From an uncultured Candidatus Saccharibacteria bacterium (GTDB taxonomy: Bacteria > Patescibacteriota > Minisyncoccia > UBA11713 > 2-01-FULL-45-33), in assembly GCA_964464405.1 (NCBI GenBank), contig CAYXFX010000002.1, positions 44,027-108,026 of the forward strand: DNA of 64,000 bases, written 5' to 3'. Below are positions 62,779 to 64,000 of this stretch, piece by piece. Every line of letters starts with the position of its first letter. Positions within the stretch are counted from its first letter, which is position 1. The position numbers and the translations under genes were made by a program. The notes under the pieces are model-generated. The model saw nothing but the letters and a program-made list of their open reading frames with translations. It did not search any database and was not told the DNA's origin.

Positions 62779-63104
62779 TTTTCTGGCAAAGCTATCGATT
62801 GAAAAAACTCGAATATTTCCGAAGTATACGAGATATTATCTATTGTTTTTATTACACTTCCTTCATTAAAAGCTACAAGCTCGTGTTTTCCATATCCTGA
62901 AGAATATTTTAGTTCATTGACGGCAATACATATTTTGCACACAAAAAATAAAACCCTTCCTGAAAAAACAATAGACATGGCCTCATTTCTAATTTTTTTC
63001 GATAGACACTCCTCACAATCTGACTGACAAAATTCAACAATAACAGGTTTTTTGGCCAATAAAACCTTCTTTTGGAAACTCTTTGCCGTTACAACTTTTG
63101 GCAT
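62775..63104 (-). CDS. Thioredoxin-fold protein with a CEEC (CxxC) motif (tentative)
   Basis: ..KKPVIVEFCQSDCEECLS.. sits at the position of the Trx WCGPC motif; 109 aa. Confidence 0.45.
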   Translation of the reverse strand: MPKVVTAKSFQKKVLLAKKPVIVEFCQSDCEECLSKKIRNEAMSIVFSGRVLFFVCKICIAVNELKYSSGYGKHELVAFNEGSVIKTIDNISYTSEIFEFFQSIALPEN

Positions 63105-63178
63105 TGAACTCTCCTCCTTTTCTAGACATAAAATAGAATTTTATTGCATTTTTGTCAAACGACGACGACAAAAAATCC

Positions 63179-63202
63179 AACTTTACGCGATCGCGTAAAG
63201 TT
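63179..63202. repeat. Palindrome AACTTTACGCGATCGCGTAAAGTT (copy 2 of the HIP1-core element)
   Basis: 24-bp perfect palindrome, intergenic, identical in its core to 25858-25891 and 63782-63807. Confidence 0.8.
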
Positions 63203-63212
63203 AACACATTTA

Positions 63213-63770
63213 TTAGTTGAGACAGAAATGAAGCTTTAGATCTGCGTCTGGTGCTATATTATTTATTTCCGCGTAGCGAATAAAATTTCGAGTTTCGAAT
63301 ACTTCTGAAATAAAATCTACTGCATCCTTACAATCGTAGGGATATACCCAAACACTTTTTTGCACTTCCAAAAATCCGATTTTTTTAAGCTCCCAGCGAA
63401 CAGCGTCTCTTGCGCGTTTCTTTTTCTCCGGGATGTCGTATGTAACCATTCTCCACTTTTTGTCCCACCGCGATGGAATACGAACTTTTATATTTTGGGG
63501 ATCATATTTAAGCGCGTGCTTTTCACCAAGCGATGTCAGAACGATATCCACCGTCCCATCTTTATTTTCAACATAATCAACTAATCTTTTATATTTAAAT
63601 TCGTTAATAATTCTCTTTAAAGTTGCGCGCTCGATTTCATTCCAGGCATGTGGTAAGTTCTTTAGAATTTTTCCAGACTTTTTAGGTGATCCTGAAAAAC
63701 ATAGTGTAACTCCGGCTGCGAGTAATAATACAATTTTTTGTTTTAGTGGACTATAAAAATATTTCGCCAT
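63213..63770 (-). CDS. PaaX-like / Cas2-fold domain protein (tentative)
   Basis: The C-terminal half (..MVTYDIPEKKKRARDAVRWELKKIGFLEVQKSVWVY..) follows the Cas2/PaaX-C pattern (V-x-YDI...R..V...L...G.R.Q.SV-aromatic). N-terminal signal-peptide/TM-like segment. Flanked on both sides by the HIP1-core palindrome. Confidence 0.45.
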   Translation of the reverse strand: MAKYFYSPLKQKIVLLLAAGVTLCFSGSPKKSGKILKNLPHAWNEIERATLKRIINEFKYKRLVDYVENKDGTVDIVLTSLGEKHALKYDPQNIKVRIPSRWDKKWRMVTYDIPEKKKRARDAVRWELKKIGFLEVQKSVWVYPYDCKDAVDFISEVFETRNFIRYAEINNIAPDADLKLHFCLN

Positions 63771-63781
63771 ATACTATATTT

Positions 63782-63807
63782 CAACTTTACGCGATCGCGT
63801 AAAGTTG
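63782..63807. repeat. Palindrome CAACTTTACGCGATCGCGTAAAGTTG (copy 3)
   Basis: 26-bp perfect palindrome located 11 nt upstream of the 63213..63770 start. Confidence 0.8.
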
Positions 63808-64000
63808 GTCAAATTTGAACATGCATATTGCCATTTCCTTATTATGAGGAAAACCGCCATATGTGCTTGCACATTACCCGTGCGTATTGCATTTCTATCT
63901 TTTTGTCGTAAAATTTATGTACTGAAAGAAAAGATAGAAAAAACTCGCCTGCCGATAAGGCAGGTTTTAATAGCAGCTGTTACTCCCCCTCTTTTGGAAA

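Noticed and set aside
63213-63770. A Cas2-like fold protein suggested a possible CRISPR-Cas locus.
   Set aside because: No repeat-spacer array, cas1 or other cas genes occur anywhere in the window. The regularly spaced repeats that do exist (the HIP1-core palindrome, the 54-bp repeat) are single palindromes or coding-embedded copies, not direct-repeat arrays. The fold is shared with PaaX-type regulators.
63945-63980. A hairpin CCTGCC-gataa-GGCAGG followed by TTTTAAT at the window end looked like a possible terminator.
   Set aside because: No upstream gene on that strand within the window defines it, and it is too close to the window edge to interpret.
1-64000. tRNA, rRNA, transposase or integrase genes.
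   Set aside because: I scanned all intergenic spacers longer than 60 bp (for example 1062-1145, 15775-15887, 21448-21548, 43727-43893, 45001-45096, 52949-53289, 57398-57506, 63808-64000). No cloverleaf-compatible sequence with a GTTCRANYC T-loop was found, and no transposase or integrase motifs appear in any ORF. The repeats found are short non-autonomous elements.

Overview
This is an AT-rich, gene-dense window (about 67 CDSs, roughly 90% coding) that looks like a small-genome bacterium, most plausibly a Candidate Phyla Radiation (CPR)/Parcubacteria-type organism; that placement is an inference from gene content and a secE–nusG–rplK block that stops without rplA. Nearly all genes lie on the minus strand. 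There are three sectors. (1) Positions 1 to about 42.4 kb hold a large cell-envelope glycan island. It starts with a DegT aminotransferase, SDR epimerase/dehydratases, and a fusion of a nucleotide-sugar dehydrogenase with a SAM methyltransferase. It carries a complete GDP-D-glycero-α-D-manno-heptose pathway (GmhA, HddA, GmhB, HddC, plus a transaldolase and a Nudix hydrolase). It also has a UbiA-family phosphoribosyltransferase, HAD phosphatase and epimerase module that resembles a lipid-linked pentose (decaprenyl-P-arabinose-like) donor pathway. The island contains six GT2 polyprenol-phosphate-sugar-synthase-like enzymes, at least four GT-C (PMT_2/ArnT-like) membrane transferases, three paralogous 570–610 aa polytopic membrane proteins of unknown family, five GT4 enzymes (one a tandem double-GT4 fusion), AsnB, several methyltransferases, a lamin-tail-domain surface protein, and SecD. 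(2) Positions 43.9 to 56.1 kb hold nucleotide metabolism genes (DeoC, a long ThyX-like protein, a dCMP-deaminase–thymidylate-kinase fusion, class II RNR), small secreted or unknown proteins, and secE–nusG–rplK. (3) Positions 56.2 to 63.8 kb hold housekeeping genes: ftsZ, ftsA, ybeY, yqeY, rpsU, HIT, hisS, lepB, pth. The most unusual features are small GC-rich palindromic repeat elements inserted in-frame into glycosyltransferase genes. One family has an intergenic copy and an in-frame copy inside a GT-C gene. A 54-bp exact repeat occurs twice inside one GT4-fusion gene and is translated in two different frames. A palindrome with a HIP1-like GCGATCGC core occurs three times in intergenic DNA. 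An inverted-repeat motif AAAATTTWGGCGGGTRAAT recurs around the secE/nusG/rplK and lepB/pth start regions. No tRNA, rRNA, CRISPR array, transposase or integrase was recognised.
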